Positions 38,214 to 49,385 are shown, counted from the first letter of the stretch. The stretch: DNA of 64,000 nucleotides from Candidatus Enterousia sp. (GCA_045645065.1 JAZRIB010000013.1:230-64229), one strand, 5' to 3'. The notes: generated by a model not told the origin, from the sequence alone. Numbers and translations: made by a program.

Positions 38214-39032
38214 TTATAACTTGTATCTGTCGTCGTTAATAACAATTACCGCCTTGCGACGTAATTGTTTAAGTTGCTGGTCTGCCTGAAACATTGCAGC
38301 CTTAAACACAGCGTTTTGTTTTATCACATTATCTAAATCGCCGTATTCTTTGGTTTTTTTCGCACTGCATACAAGCAATATATTTCCATCAACACGTGAA
38401 GACCATGTTAATTTTTTCAATCCTGCTATGCGTTCACGAACATCCGCCGCCAGTTCATATTGCATTGCTGTAAATTTTTGTGGTGCACCACCTAAATCTT
38501 GTGCCATCTTAATCGCATCGTCGCATGATTTTGGTGTTGTTAATTTTTTTGCAACAGAATCTGGAATATCAACCAAACGAACAATCGTCATTTCTATGGG
38601 CAAACCGTGTTCAGATGACAAAGATATTTTTTCTGCATTTATTTCGTCATCTGTTACATCAATATTTGGCACGATTGTACGCGCAACCATAACCTGCCAG
38701 GCGATTTCAGATTTTAATGCACTGCGCGCCATATCACGTTCAGCCGCTGTTAAGTCACCCAGTTTCATTTTTTTCAGTTCTTTATCAACATCCGCATCAC
38801 TGGGTACAACACCATAATTTGATGCGTGTGCCAATTTTACAGCATCATCAATAATTGCGTTCAATGCAACGCGACGATTATCAGATGATGTTTTTCCCTG
38901 TTTTGCCATCAATGTTGTGCGCGATGTTATATCTGTATCTGTGATTGGGGTACCGTTTACGGTTGCAACCACAGACGCAGCATATGTTGGCATTGATATA
39001 ATCATTGATAAAAATACCAATATTTTTTTCAT
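38214..39032 (-). CDS. SurA-like periplasmic chaperone (short, degenerate parvulin region)
   Basis: Signal peptide and a SurA_N-like start (VATVNGTPITDTDITSRT). It lies immediately downstream of lptD, as in many proteobacteria. Confidence 0.65.
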   Translation of the reverse strand: MKKILVFLSMIISMPTYAASVVATVNGTPITDTDITSRTTLMAKQGKTSSDNRRVALNAIIDDAVKLAHASNYGVVPSDADVDKELKKMKLGDLTAAERDMARSALKSEIAWQVMVARTIVPNIDVTDDEINAEKISLSSEHGLPIEMTIVRLVDIPDSVAKKLTTPKSCDDAIKMAQDLGGAPQKFTAMQYELAADVRERIAGLKKLTWSSRVDGNILLVCSAKKTKEYGDLDNVIKQNAVFKAAMFQADQQLKQLRRKAVIVINDDRYKL

Positions 39033-39052
39033 TGTGTCCTGTCCTTTGCTTT

Positions 39053-41092
39053 TTAATATCTTTGACCATCAATACTCATTCCAAAACGGAATTGGAAAGT
39101 AGTCGTTCCTTCATAGTCTTCTTTGACGGCGTTATCACGACGATATTGTAAAGATAAATAATAACACGGATGCTCATAGAATACACCGCCGGTGTGTCGT
39201 TGAAAATCACCAAATGTCATATTATATATGCCGTTCCAGCGCAACGCCCAACGATTAGACAACTGAATTCCGGCCCCAACAACCATTTCGTTTATATTAT
39301 CTTCGCTTACCATCACGCCTTCGAATTGCTGTGACCAGATGTGACCAATATTCAAAAAGTTTTTACTTCCACCAACGTGCAAAGATGTTTCCATATGACG
39401 CAAAGATAAATCTGCCTTGTCGATACGGAAACGCGACGCAATATCAAGCCATTTATTGTTGTTATAACCAACACGCCCAACATAGTCCGATGCACCATGA
39501 TGGTATCCGCTGTTTATGTCTAATGTATCTGCACGGTCTGTGAAATCATATGCTTGGCCAAAAAACAGTTCTGCATTTGTTCCATCAATGTTGTTAAATG
39601 CAGCATATCGTACCCCATAGTCCGCAAATGTGCCATTTTCCCATAAATCATATCCAGAAAAACGATTGTCTGAAAACAATGTTGAATCTGACAAAAATGT
39701 TCCAGCAGAATCATTGTTCAAACCGAACAATTCTTCATCTGTACGGCGCATAACTGTAAGTCTGGCACGTGGTTCAATAACCTGGGTCCATGTTTGCGAT
39801 GGTCGAAACAAAGGCAATCCCCATTCAACATATCCGCTGGGCAAGAATCGGTTTTTATATCCTGAAAAAATTTGATTATCATCCATTTCTGTTTTGTCAA
39901 AATGATAAAAATCATATCGTGCATCAAGGCTTAACGTTACACGATTGCCCCCCCACAGTGTCCATGGCGATGTTAGGCGAACATCACCCGTTAAACGCTG
40001 TGACGACATTTTATCCCCCGACACCCCCAGCACGTCTGTGATAAATGTCATATATGTTTCTTGGAACAAGGGTTGCGTTTGATAAACACCGCGAATGTTT
40101 GGTAAAATATTACCACTGGTAATAGTTGTATTGTTATTTTCATTTAATGTGTCTTCGCTACGTAATTCTTGGAATATGTGCATATCAGCAACAGCATACG
40201 CAGACTGACTAAACAATTCTAACTTGGCCCCAGAATCCAAATATGGCTGGTCATTGTAAAATCCATATTTCTGCAAATATGTTTTATCAGATGCACGTTC
40301 CAAAAATATTGTCGCACGTGCATTGTCCCCTAATTCAATAACATCATCATTAAATATATGCCAACGACTTTCACCAGCCTTGTTATATGTGTACGACGCC
40401 TGGGTTTCGTATTCAGAATACATCGCATTCAATCGATGTTCTATCTGAAACAATGGGTTTTCACGTGTCAAATACGACAATATGAACGTCATATCATGTG
40501 TATCTGAAAAATTAACGTATAATGGGATGTTTATTTGGGTACCCATTTTATTCGTAGATTCAAAATCAGGGGTTAGAAATCCAGTCTTGTATTTAACGGC
40601 CGGGTCTGGCATTTCAAAGTACGGCAACCATAATACAGGAATATTATATGCCCACATCACAGGGTTATAAAACTGCAACATACGGTCGTTCATTTCATAG
40701 ACAATTTTGTATGTTGATATTTTCCATGCGTCACCGAACCTATCACAGTTATCACACGCAGTAAACAACGCATCGCGCGCCACAGTTACATCACCAGAAC
40801 GTTCAATATTAGCAGATTCAATATAAACATGATCACCCAACCAGAATTTAATATCATCGCCAGTTAAACTTTCACCGTTTTGAGAAATATATGAATCAAC
40901 CAACGTCATCCGTTGCCCAGATTGATTTACAATCTCAGTCTGGCCAGATGTTTTCAATGTCGCATTTTTTAAGTCGTATTCTATTTTATCAGCCGTTATG
41001 GTTTTTGCATCGTTTGCATCAACAGACAACCCTGCAACCGCAGACAGCGCAGACAAGCAATACAACGAAAAAAACGCAGTTAATGTTCTCAT
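39053..41092 (-). CDS. lptD: LPS-assembly outer membrane protein LptD
   Basis: Signal peptide, OstA-like N-domain (ITADKIEYDLKNATLKTSG), the CDNC motif, a large beta-barrel, and PYFEMPDPAVKYKTGFLTP. Confidence 0.9.
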   Translation of the reverse strand: MRTLTAFFSLYCLSALSAVAGLSVDANDAKTITADKIEYDLKNATLKTSGQTEIVNQSGQRMTLVDSYISQNGESLTGDDIKFWLGDHVYIESANIERSGDVTVARDALFTACDNCDRFGDAWKISTYKIVYEMNDRMLQFYNPVMWAYNIPVLWLPYFEMPDPAVKYKTGFLTPDFESTNKMGTQINIPLYVNFSDTHDMTFILSYLTRENPLFQIEHRLNAMYSEYETQASYTYNKAGESRWHIFNDDVIELGDNARATIFLERASDKTYLQKYGFYNDQPYLDSGAKLELFSQSAYAVADMHIFQELRSEDTLNENNNTTITSGNILPNIRGVYQTQPLFQETYMTFITDVLGVSGDKMSSQRLTGDVRLTSPWTLWGGNRVTLSLDARYDFYHFDKTEMDDNQIFSGYKNRFLPSGYVEWGLPLFRPSQTWTQVIEPRARLTVMRRTDEELFGLNNDSAGTFLSDSTLFSDNRFSGYDLWENGTFADYGVRYAAFNNIDGTNAELFFGQAYDFTDRADTLDINSGYHHGASDYVGRVGYNNNKWLDIASRFRIDKADLSLRHMETSLHVGGSKNFLNIGHIWSQQFEGVMVSEDNINEMVVGAGIQLSNRWALRWNGIYNMTFGDFQRHTGGVFYEHPCYYLSLQYRRDNAVKEDYEGTTTFQFRFGMSIDGQRY

Positions 41093-42147
41093 TTTTTTGC
41101 CAATATAAATAGTAAAACACCCAATAATGCAAATTCAAGCCCCGCCAACACGAACAAACCACTTATACTTGCAATCATATTTGTACCTGTCATAAACAAC
41201 GCCATAACAACCGCCATCAAACCAACCGCAACAGCAGGTGCCATACTTGCGCGACGACGCAATAGTGACGAACGCAACAATACACACACACATAGCGCAG
41301 CCAATATTAGATTCATAAACGGCATCAAAATACGATTTGCTAATTCTGTTAACACCGTCTTGTGTCTTTTGACACTGGGGGAATCAATAACAGATTGAAT
41401 TAATGTCAATGTCGGCACGCGACGAACGCGGAATGCGGTATTGCCACCTTTGTCTACAACGTTCAAATCCATATCAAATGTATCAAACGTCCCTGTTACC
41501 ATGGCGTTTCCAGTTGCTTGTAATGCGCCATTGGTCATAACAATAGACAAACCGCGCGCAGTTGAAACCAATTTTCCTTTTTCTGCAAATATTGTTTGCC
41601 ATGCGTTTGCATCACGACGATCAGACAACATAACGTGCGCTAAATCATGACCTGAAACCTTGTCAACGTAAACAACCAAACCGTTGTTTAATTCTGTAAA
41701 CGCCCCTTCTTGTAATTTCATGTGCGCCATACCGTATCGCAAATTCCATTGTGTATCATAGAATTTAGATTGACTGATTGGAACCAACCAAACACTTAAA
41801 ATCAAATGCAACACAGTTAACACACCCGCAATCCACAAGGCTGGTTTCGCAATTTGTTTTGGTGAAAACCCAGAAGCCGCCATAACGGTCACTTCGTTAT
41901 CTGCAATCATTTTATTATAGATAAAAATAACCGCAATAAAGGTCACAAATGGAATGATAATAGACATTATAAACGGTATCATCAATGCTGTTAATCCTAA
42001 GAAACTGCTAAGATTAACACCATAATTCAACAAGAATTTCATCATAGACATAATCTGAACCATCCATGACAATCCTGTTAACACCATAAGCAACATAACA
42101 AATATTGCAATCAGTTGTCGCAAAAAATACTTATTAATAATCTTCAT
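41089..42147 (-). CDS. LptF/LptG-family LPS export permease
   Basis: YjgP/YjgQ-type topology starting MKIINKYFLRQLIAIF. Its stop overlaps the lptD start (ATGA). The track start at 42183 is TTG. Confidence 0.82.
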   Translation of the reverse strand: MKIINKYFLRQLIAIFVMLLMVLTGLSWMVQIMSMMKFLLNYGVNLSSFLGLTALMIPFIMSIIIPFVTFIAVIFIYNKMIADNEVTVMAASGFSPKQIAKPALWIAGVLTVLHLILSVWLVPISQSKFYDTQWNLRYGMAHMKLQEGAFTELNNGLVVYVDKVSGHDLAHVMLSDRRDANAWQTIFAEKGKLVSTARGLSIVMTNGALQATGNAMVTGTFDTFDMDLNVVDKGGNTAFRVRRVPTLTLIQSVIDSPSVKRHKTVLTELANRILMPFMNLILAALCVCVLLRSSLLRRRASMAPAVAVGLMAVVMALFMTGTNMIASISGLFVLAGLEFALLGVLLFILAKK

Positions 42148-42257
42148 GCCCACTAGTATAAAACCCAAAAGCCCAACCGTCAAATAATATTCTACTTTTT
42201 CCTTGCATTTGTTCGATTCGGTGTTAAAATACAGGTGTTCTTAAAACAGTTTTTAAG

Positions 42258-42284
42258 GGCGGGGTTGCAAGAACCCCGCCTTTT
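42258..42284 (+). terminator. terminator-like hairpin in the nusA leader (possible attenuator)
   Basis: ggcgggg-ttgcaagaa-ccccgcc followed by tttt, about 40 nt upstream of the nusA ATG. No plus-strand gene lies upstream of it. Confidence 0.4.
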
Positions 42285-42322
42285 AATAAAAACAGATAAA
42301 CAAACAGCAAGGAGTAAAACAA

Positions 42323-43861
42323 ATGTCTTTTGTTTCAATGCCGCGCCAGGATTTACTGCTAGCCATCGATTCTCTGGCCCAGGAAAAAATGATTGAACGT
42401 GAAATTGTTATTGAATCGTTAGAGGCGGCAATCGCAAAAATCGCAAAACATAAATATGGCGAAGAATTTGATATTGTTGCAAATATTGATCGTAAAAATG
42501 GTGCAATTTATGTTAAACGCTTGTTTACTGTTATAGAATCCCCAGAAAGCGCGGGCGAAGATTACAATCCAAACACAATGTTGACGGTTGCCCAGGCAAA
42601 AAAATATGCAAAATCACCCGTTGTTGGCGACGTTGTCGAAGACCAATTGCCAGAACCTGAATTCGGACGTATGGCATTCCAGACAGCAAAACAGATTATG
42701 ACTGCACGTGTTCGTGATGCTGAAAAAGGACGCCAATTCGAAGAATTCAAAGACAATATTGGCGATATCGTTAACGGTGTTGTTAAACGTATCGAATTCG
42801 GTAACATATTTGTTGATATTAACGGCAAAGCAGAAGGCTATATTAAAAGTTCTGAATTAATCCCAGGCGAACGTTTAACAGTTGGTGATCGTGTTCGTGC
42901 ATTAATTATGGATGTTTCACGTTCTAATTCAGGTCCACAAATCTTCTTAACCCGTACACATCCTATGTTTATGGAAAAACTGTTTGTTCAAGAAGTGCCT
43001 GAAATCTATGAAGGGATTATTAAAATCAAATCTGTGGCACGTGCACCTGGTTCACACGCAAAAATCGCTGTTGAAACGGCTGATCCATCAATTGATGCAG
43101 TTGGTATGACGGTTGGTATTAAGGGTACACGTATTCAGCCGGTTATTAACGAATGTCATGGTGAAAAAATTGACGTTATTTTATATTCCGAAGACCCAGC
43201 GGTGTTTATCGTTAATGCAATGCAGCCTGCAAAAGTTGCAAAAATCATCGTTGACGAAGATACACGTACCGCCGCCGTTGTCGTTACCGAAGATCAACAA
43301 TCGTTGGCAATCGGTCGCCGCGGTCAAAATGTTCGCTTGGCTTCACAATTGACAGGCTGGAATATCGATGTTATGAACGAAACCGAAGAACAAGAACGTC
43401 GCGCCAAAGAATTCAAAGAAAAAACCGAATTGTTTATCAGTGGTCTGGACGTTGATGAAATGATTGCACATCTGTTGATTACAGAAGGTTTCCGTACAAT
43501 CGAAGAAATCGCATTCGTAGACAGTGCTGAATTGGAATCAATCGAAGGATTTAATTCTGAATTGGCGGCTGAATTACAGAAACGCGCAAAAGATTATCTG
43601 GACAAAATCGAACAAGATTATCTGGTTGCGGGTCATAAATTGGGTATGTCTGATGATTTGTTAACATTTACGTTTATCAAACGCCCAACAATTATGCAAT
43701 TAGGTGCAGCAGGTATCAAATCACTGGACGATTTGGCGGATTTAGCATCTGATGAATTGGTTGAAATCTTGGGCGAAGACAATATGTCTAACCGTTTGGC
43801 AGGTCGCATCATTATGAAGGCACGCGAAGTTGCATACGGCATAACCCAGGACGAAGAATAA
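42323..43861 (+). CDS. nusA: transcription termination/antitermination factor NusA
   Basis: NusA N-domain, S1 (GDIVNGVVKRIEFGNIFVDI), KH domains (AIGRRGQNVRLASQLTGW) and C-terminal HhH repeats. AGGAG RBS. Confidence 0.95.
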   Translation: MSFVSMPRQDLLLAIDSLAQEKMIEREIVIESLEAAIAKIAKHKYGEEFDIVANIDRKNGAIYVKRLFTVIESPESAGEDYNPNTMLTVAQAKKYAKSPVVGDVVEDQLPEPEFGRMAFQTAKQIMTARVRDAEKGRQFEEFKDNIGDIVNGVVKRIEFGNIFVDINGKAEGYIKSSELIPGERLTVGDRVRALIMDVSRSNSGPQIFLTRTHPMFMEKLFVQEVPEIYEGIIKIKSVARAPGSHAKIAVETADPSIDAVGMTVGIKGTRIQPVINECHGEKIDVILYSEDPAVFIVNAMQPAKVAKIIVDEDTRTAAVVVTEDQQSLAIGRRGQNVRLASQLTGWNIDVMNETEEQERRAKEFKEKTELFISGLDVDEMIAHLLITEGFRTIEEIAFVDSAELESIEGFNSELAAELQKRAKDYLDKIEQDYLVAGHKLGMSDDLLTFTFIKRPTIMQLGAAGIKSLDDLADLASDELVEILGEDNMSNRLAGRIIMKAREVAYGITQDEE

Positions 43862-43885
43862 TCTTTTATTTAGTGGAGTAGTTTA

Positions 43886-46288
43886 ATGGCAACACTGACA
43901 CTTGGAAAATCTGTTACAATTGACGCAGTACACAGCAAAAAGGGCGACGCGGTGTTCGTAGAACGCCGTCGTCGTGTCGTTGCACCAAATAATAACGAAT
44001 TGCGCGACGAACCTAAAACACCATCTGCTACACCTAAAAATGCAGCAGATGAAAAACTGCGTGCTGTACTGGCTGCGGCTAAGGCTCGCGAAGAAGAACG
44101 CAAGGCACGCGAAGCAGCAGAACGTGAGGCCGCAGCAAAACGCGCCGCCGAAATCGAACGCGAAGAACGCGAATATGAACATGTACGCGAACAGTTGGCT
44201 GCACGTGAAAATACATCAACTGTGCCAGATGCCGAAGAAGATGTCAAAACACGTGAAAAACAAACGCATTCCGCACAAAAAACATTTACAAATAATGCGG
44301 TGGCTGGTGCAAATCGTCGTGTACGAAACAATTCTGATGACGAAGACACACGTCCAAATAAACACTCTAAGAAAGATTTCAAAAAATCTGGAAAAATTTC
44401 TATTCACGATATTGTTATGGGCGGGGACGAAGATGATGACGAAATCGGTCTGCGCGGTGCAAATCGTCGCCGGTCTGAGGCATCGTTGAAACGTTTTCGT
44501 GAAAAAGCACGTGCGGTGTTTTCTGCCCCACAAAAGGTTGAACATGTTGTATCATTAGGCGACACAATTACTGTCAAAGATTTAGCAAACGCGATGGCGG
44601 AAAAAGTTGGAAATGTTATCAAAAAACTGATGGAAATGGGTATGATGGTATCTATGAATCAGTCTATTGATGCAGATACGGCTGAATTAATTGCGTCTGA
44701 ATTTGGCGCAACGGTCAAACGTGTTGTTGTTAAACCATATGCCGACCAACTAGAACGCGAACCAAACCCAGAAAAAATGACACCACGTGCCCCGGTTGTC
44801 ACTGTTGTAGGACACGTTGACCATGGTAAAACATCGTTGCTGGACGCGTTCCGTAACGCAAACGTTGTTGCCGGCGAAGCGGGTGGTATTACACAACATA
44901 TTTCTTCGTATGAAGTTAAGACTAAATCCGGTCAAATGATTACATTCTTGGACACACCGGGACACGAAACATTTACAGCAATGCGTGCGCGTGGCGCACA
45001 AATGGCAGACATCGTTGTATTGGTGGTTGCTGCAAATGATTCAATCATGCCACAAACAATCGAAGCGATTAATCATATTCGTGCCGCAGGCGTGCCATTT
45101 ATCGTTGCAATTAATAAAATCGATTTACCACAAGCGAACGCACAACGTGTTAAGATGGATCTGTTGCAACAGGAAGTTCAGGTCGAAGAAATGGGTGGCG
45201 ATGTTCAATGTGTTGAAATTTCTGCAACCAAGAAAATTGGTTTGGATAAATTAGAAGAAGCGATTCTATTACAGGCTGAAATGATGGAATTAAAGGCCGA
45301 TGCAGAAATGCCAGCGGTCGCATATGTGGTCGAAGCAAAAATGGAAAAAGGATTGGGTGCAGTTGCAACAATCTTGATGCGCCAAGGCACATTAAAAATC
45401 GGCGACGTATTTGTTGTTGGTGAAACATTTGGTCGTGTACGCGGATTAATCGGTTCTGATGGCGCGCGTGTTAAATCGGTTAAACCAGGCCAGCCTGCTG
45501 TTGTATTGGGATTGGATTCTGTGCCAAATGCGGGTGACGAATTGCGCGTTATGGAAACAGATGCCCAGACACGCGAAGTGGCTGCGTATCGCGCACAACA
45601 AGCCAAAGACAAAGCAAACGCTGTTAAACGTTCAAGTCTGGAAGAATTGTTTGCAAAACGTGATGAATCCAAAAAATTGATATTACCAATCATTTTGCGT
45701 GCAGACGTTCAAGGTTCAGTCGAAGCAATCGTTGATATGTTAAAAGATATTAATACAGACAAGGTTGGTGTTGATATCTTGTCATCTGGTGTTGGTCAGA
45801 TTACAGAAGGTGATATCCGTCTGGCGACAGCATCGGGCGCAGTTGTAATTGCGTTTAACGTTCGTGCTGATTCAGTCGTTCGTGATATGGCACGTAACAA
45901 TAACGTTGATATTCGTTATCACAGCGTCGTGTATCGTATCACAGATGAAATCAAAGAAATCTTGTCTGGTAAATTGGCACCAGAACGCAAAGAAAACTTT
46001 ATCGGATATGCAGACGTTATTGCATTGTTCACAGTCGGCAAAGGTATCCGTGTTGCGGGTTGCCGTATGAGTGAAGGTACAATTAAAAAAGATGCATTTG
46101 TACGATTACTACGCAACAATGTTGTTATCTATGATGGCAAGATTGGCGAACTGCGTCGTGAAAAGAACGAAGTCAAAGAAGTATCTGGTGGTGTTGAATT
46201 CGGTATGTCGTTTGATAAGTATAATGACTTAAAAGAAGGCGACCGCGTTGAATGCTATGAAGTCGAAGAAGTTCGTGCAAAAATCTAG
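43886..46288 (+). CDS. infB: translation initiation factor IF-2
   Basis: Charged low-complexity N-terminus, then a G domain ([24 protein letters not shown]) and C-terminal IF-2 domains. Confidence 0.95.
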   Translation: MATLTLGKSVTIDAVHSKKGDAVFVERRRRVVAPNNNELRDEPKTPSATPKNAADEKLRAVLAAAKAREEERKAREAAEREAAAKRAAEIEREEREYEHVREQLAARENTSTVPDAEEDVKTREKQTHSAQKTFTNNAVAGANRRVRNNSDDEDTRPNKHSKKDFKKSGKISIHDIVMGGDEDDDEIGLRGANRRRSEASLKRFREKARAVFSAPQKVEHVVSLGDTITVKDLANAMAEKVGNVIKKLMEMGMMVSMNQSIDADTAELIASEFGATVKRVVVKPYADQLEREPNPEKMTPRAPVVTVVGHVDHGKTSLLDAFRNANVVAGEAGGITQHISSYEVKTKSGQMITFLDTPGHETFTAMRARGAQMADIVVLVVAANDSIMPQTIEAINHIRAAGVPFIVAINKIDLPQANAQRVKMDLLQQEVQVEEMGGDVQCVEISATKKIGLDKLEEAILLQAEMMELKADAEMPAVAYVVEAKMEKGLGAVATILMRQGTLKIGDVFVVGETFGRVRGLIGSDGARVKSVKPGQPAVVLGLDSVPNAGDELRVMETDAQTREVAAYRAQQAKDKANAVKRSSLEELFAKRDESKKLILPIILRADVQGSVEAIVDMLKDINTDKVGVDILSSGVGQITEGDIRLATASGAVVIAFNVRADSVVRDMARNNNVDIRYHSVVYRITDEIKEILSGKLAPERKENFIGYADVIALFTVGKGIRVAGCRMSEGTIKKDAFVRLLRNNVVIYDGKIGELRREKNEVKEVSGGVEFGMSFDKYNDLKEGDRVECYEVEEVRAKI

Positions 46289-46296
46289 AACAATAG

Positions 46297-46317
46297 CCCG
46301 CCAAATGGCGGGTTTTT
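46297..46317 (+). terminator. intrinsic terminator of infB
   Basis: Stem cccgcc/ggcggg with aaat loop, followed by T5. Confidence 0.8.
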
Positions 46318-46396
46318 ATTATGAAAATAATTCACATACATAATTGGGGTGTTTTGTGATATAATATTACTAATAACACAGCAAGAGAGAGAATTT

Positions 46397-47329
46397 ATGA
46401 AAATTGCAATTATTGGAATCGGTTCTGTTGGTGCCGCTGTGGCAACGGCGGTCAAGAACACAGGTTTGGTTCATGAAATCGTATTATATGATCGTGATAA
46501 TGTGCGTTCCTATGCAGCGGCTGAGGATTTAGGACACGCGTCTGCGTTTTCATACGATGTAAAAATTACAGCAGTAAATAATTATCGTGGAATTCGTGGT
46601 TCTGATATTGTTATTATTGCGGCTGGTGCGAATCAAAAGCCTGGGGAAACGCGTACAGATTTATTAAAAGCAAATGCCACTGTAATATCGGATATTGTTC
46701 CGCGCGTTATGGCAAATGTTGATTCAAAACATGTAACATTAATTATTGTCACAAACCCCTTAGATGTTATGGTTATGTTGGCACAGAAATTATCAAAATT
46801 GCCAGCTTCACGTGTGATTGGAACGGGGACAATGTTGGATTCTGCGCGGTTGCGTGCGATATTATCTCGTCATTTGTCTGTGTCGACGCAATCAATTAAC
46901 GCGTATGTGTTGGGTGAACATGGTGACAGCAGTATGATTAATTGGTCGTCTGCATCAATTGGGGCGGTTGATTTGAATACGTTCTGTCGTCAAGCAAAGG
47001 TAAGTTTGCCGGCAACAACACGTGCAACGATTGAACATCGTGTTCAAAATGCTGCGTATGAAATTATTCGTGGTCGTGGTGCGACGTGGGATGGGATTGC
47101 TGCGGCTGTGGCAGATTTGTTGCGTTGTATTATAAATGATGAACGGCGAATTTTGACGGTCAGTATTGTGAACGGCGTTGGTACCAGTGCGTTAGCAATT
47201 TCGTTGCCAAGAATTGTAGGACATGGTGGTGTAATAACTACGTTGATGCCACGTATGACATCGACGGAAAGTGCTGCACTGAGGCGCAGTGGTAAAATTA
47301 TTCGGAAAAATTTTGATGCGTTAAAATAA
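46397..47329 (+). CDS. ldh: L-lactate dehydrogenase (LDH/MDH superfamily)
   Basis: MKIAIIGIGSVGAAVA Rossmann motif, AGANQKPGETRTDLL with Gln at the specificity position (LDH-type), LDSARLR, and GEHGDS. Confidence 0.85.
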   Translation: MKIAIIGIGSVGAAVATAVKNTGLVHEIVLYDRDNVRSYAAAEDLGHASAFSYDVKITAVNNYRGIRGSDIVIIAAGANQKPGETRTDLLKANATVISDIVPRVMANVDSKHVTLIIVTNPLDVMVMLAQKLSKLPASRVIGTGTMLDSARLRAILSRHLSVSTQSINAYVLGEHGDSSMINWSSASIGAVDLNTFCRQAKVSLPATTRATIEHRVQNAAYEIIRGRGATWDGIAAAVADLLRCIINDERRILTVSIVNGVGTSALAISLPRIVGHGGVITTLMPRMTSTESAALRRSGKIIRKNFDALK

Positions 47330-47340
47330 CTGTTTTTTTT

Positions 47341-47361
47341 GGGGGATTTCCCCCATTTTTT
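47341..47361 (+). terminator. intrinsic terminator of ldh
   Basis: Stem ggggg/ccccc with attt loop, followed by aT6. Confidence 0.7.
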
Positions 47362-47427
47362 ATTGAATACAATCATAGTGCATATATGTACCCAGCATGG
47401 TACACTTGGTAAGTATGGGGGGCATTT

Positions 47428-47727
47428 ATGTTAAACGATATTCAATATTTGCCGTCAGAGGATGGTACAGGCATTGATGCGATATTGCGTGGTCAAATTA
47501 TAGGCCAGGTAACGTATGTTCGTATCGGTATGGACAAGTTGATTATTGATTATACAGGGGTTGCTGTACCGTATCGTGGAAAAAGTATAGGGTTGAATTT
47601 GATTCGGCACGTAGCAGAACTGGCGCGGTTGCAACATCGTCGTATCATAACAATATGTCCATTTGCGCGCGCCATGTTTAACAGGTATCCTGAATTTGAT
47701 GATATCAGATTGATGAATGCGCATTAA
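47428..47727 (+). CDS. small GNAT-like N-acetyltransferase (YjdJ-type)
   Basis: GKSIGLNLIRHVAELARLQHRRIITICPFARAMFNRYPEFDDI resembles the Acetyltransf_CG pattern (from memory). G6 RBS. Confidence 0.6.
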   Translation: MLNDIQYLPSEDGTGIDAILRGQIIGQVTYVRIGMDKLIIDYTGVAVPYRGKSIGLNLIRHVAELARLQHRRIITICPFARAMFNRYPEFDDIRLMNAH

Positions 47728-47789
47728 TTATTGCTAAAAATTGCGTTTTTTTGTATCATGTAGTCTTGAAGCAAGGGACGGAGATTACA

Positions 47790-49169
47790 ATGAACAAGAA
47801 ATCACGAAATTGGTTAATTGCCTTGATTTTTTTTAATGGTTTTATCAGTTTGTCTTTGGAATTGGTTGTGTTGCGTCAATTGTCGTTCTGGGTCGGGTCC
47901 AGTCCAGTGATAACAAGTATTATTATGGGGGCGTTTCTGGGGTTTATGTCGTTGGGATATTGGCTTGGTAATTCGCAACGTGTACGTATCAAATATATTC
48001 CAAAATTTTTAAGTGCCAGTTTCTTGTTTATATCTGCGTTGGCATTATTTGCAGCCAGTTTTCCGTTTGTAACAACCTATTTTGCGCTGATGTATAATGC
48101 GGGCATAACGTCCAGTGTTTTCCAGACATTTATTTATTCTTTTGTGTTTTTGTCGGTTGGTCCGTTTTTGTTTGGTTTTAATACAACGTTGTTGTCGCGT
48201 CTGTTACAGGTTCGAAACACAAACAACACAGGTAACATTATGGCGGTTGACACAATCGGTTCTGTGGTGGCGTCAATGCTGACAACGTTGGTGATGATGC
48301 CTTTTTTAGGGGTGAATTATACGGTTGGTCTGGTTATATTGTTGGGATGTGTTTGTGCGTTGTTGTCATATCGGCGTGTTTGGGTATGGTTGATTTCTGG
48401 GGGATTGCTGTTGTTTGGCGGTTATATAAACAGTGATTATGTTCAGTATTCAAAATATGGAATATTGGTTAATAATTCAAATTCGACAATATCTGTTGGG
48501 GAATATGGTAATGTACGTGTTTTGGATATGAATCGGTTGGCGATGTCTGTGTATAATGCTGGGGATGACAGTGGTGCGCCATATATTAATTTTATCAATG
48601 ATAATTTTATTTACACGTTACCAAATGACAGACCGCGTAAAATACTGGTTCTGGGGGCGGGTGGTTTTACAGCAGGCCTGCGCGATACGTTTCATGAATA
48701 TACTTTTGTAGATATAGAACCAACGTTAAAAGATGTGTCTGAAAAACACTTCTTGGGCAAGAAATTAAGTGCCAATAAAACATTCGTTGTTCAAGATGCG
48801 TCCCAGTTCTTGAAGAATACGCCCGAACAGTATGATATTATTTTGCTGGATGTTTATTCTAATTCGTTTCAAATCCCAGAAGGGTTAATAACGTCTGAAT
48901 TTATGTCGCGTATTAAATCACGTGTTGCGCCAAATGGTATCGTGTTGATGAATACAATACTAAGTCCTTCGTTTAGAGATGCGTATACGCGTGTGTTTGA
49001 TAATACGTTTCATTCTGTGTTTACGCATAATACATCACGGCAAATTATAGATGATGTAAATATATGGGATTCAGATAATATTACAAATGTGATATATATC
49101 TTTTTCAACACTGAAAATGATGGGCGTGTTTATACAATAAACAAAACCCCGGTGATTTATGACAGATAA
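47790..49169 (+). CDS. membrane-fused spermidine synthase-like (SAM methyltransferase fold) protein
   Basis: About 7 N-terminal TM helices, then ILVLGAGGFTAGL and DIILLDVYSN...PEGLITSEFMSRIKSRVAPNGIVLMN. Confidence 0.72.
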   Translation: MNKKSRNWLIALIFFNGFISLSLELVVLRQLSFWVGSSPVITSIIMGAFLGFMSLGYWLGNSQRVRIKYIPKFLSASFLFISALALFAASFPFVTTYFALMYNAGITSSVFQTFIYSFVFLSVGPFLFGFNTTLLSRLLQVRNTNNTGNIMAVDTIGSVVASMLTTLVMMPFLGVNYTVGLVILLGCVCALLSYRRVWVWLISGGLLLFGGYINSDYVQYSKYGILVNNSNSTISVGEYGNVRVLDMNRLAMSVYNAGDDSGAPYINFINDNFIYTLPNDRPRKILVLGAGGFTAGLRDTFHEYTFVDIEPTLKDVSEKHFLGKKLSANKTFVVQDASQFLKNTPEQYDIILLDVYSNSFQIPEGLITSEFMSRIKSRVAPNGIVLMNTILSPSFRDAYTRVFDNTFHSVFTHNTSRQIIDDVNIWDSDNITNVIYIFFNTENDGRVYTINKTPVIYDR

Positions 49170-49195
49170 AAAAATCCCAGAATTGGGATTTTTTT
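49168..49195. terminator. bidirectional terminator
   Basis: A7, stem atccca/tgggat with gaat loop, T6. Confidence 0.75.
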
Positions 49196-49385
49196 ATTCA
49201 CTTTTTTTAGGAATATTTACAATAATTTTTCCGCCCTGACCAGTCTTTATCCATTCCAGCGCGGCAATCCGCCCCTCAATATGTTTTTTATCTTGTTCGT
49301 TATCTGTTTTTAATTCTTTCATCAGTCGAATTGTATTGTCGATTGAATCTATAATTTCCGGGGTCAGAACTTTGTTTTTTAACAT
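49194..49385 (-). CDS. small hypothetical protein (63 aa)
   Basis: Strong AAGGAGG RBS 5 nt upstream of the ATG and a terminator right after the stop. No recognisable domain. Confidence 0.6.
   Translation of the reverse strand: MLKNKVLTPEIIDSIDNTIRLMKELKTDNEQDKKHIEGRIAALEWIKTGQGGKIIVNIPKKSE

Noticed and set aside
43870-44622. 170-171 aa ORFs in other frames or strands over the 5' part of infB (43870..44382 minus, 43974..44489 plus, and others).
   Set aside because: They arise from the repetitive GAA/GCA/CGC-rich region encoding the charged IF-2 N-terminus ([29 protein letters not shown]). The IF-2 frame is unambiguous.
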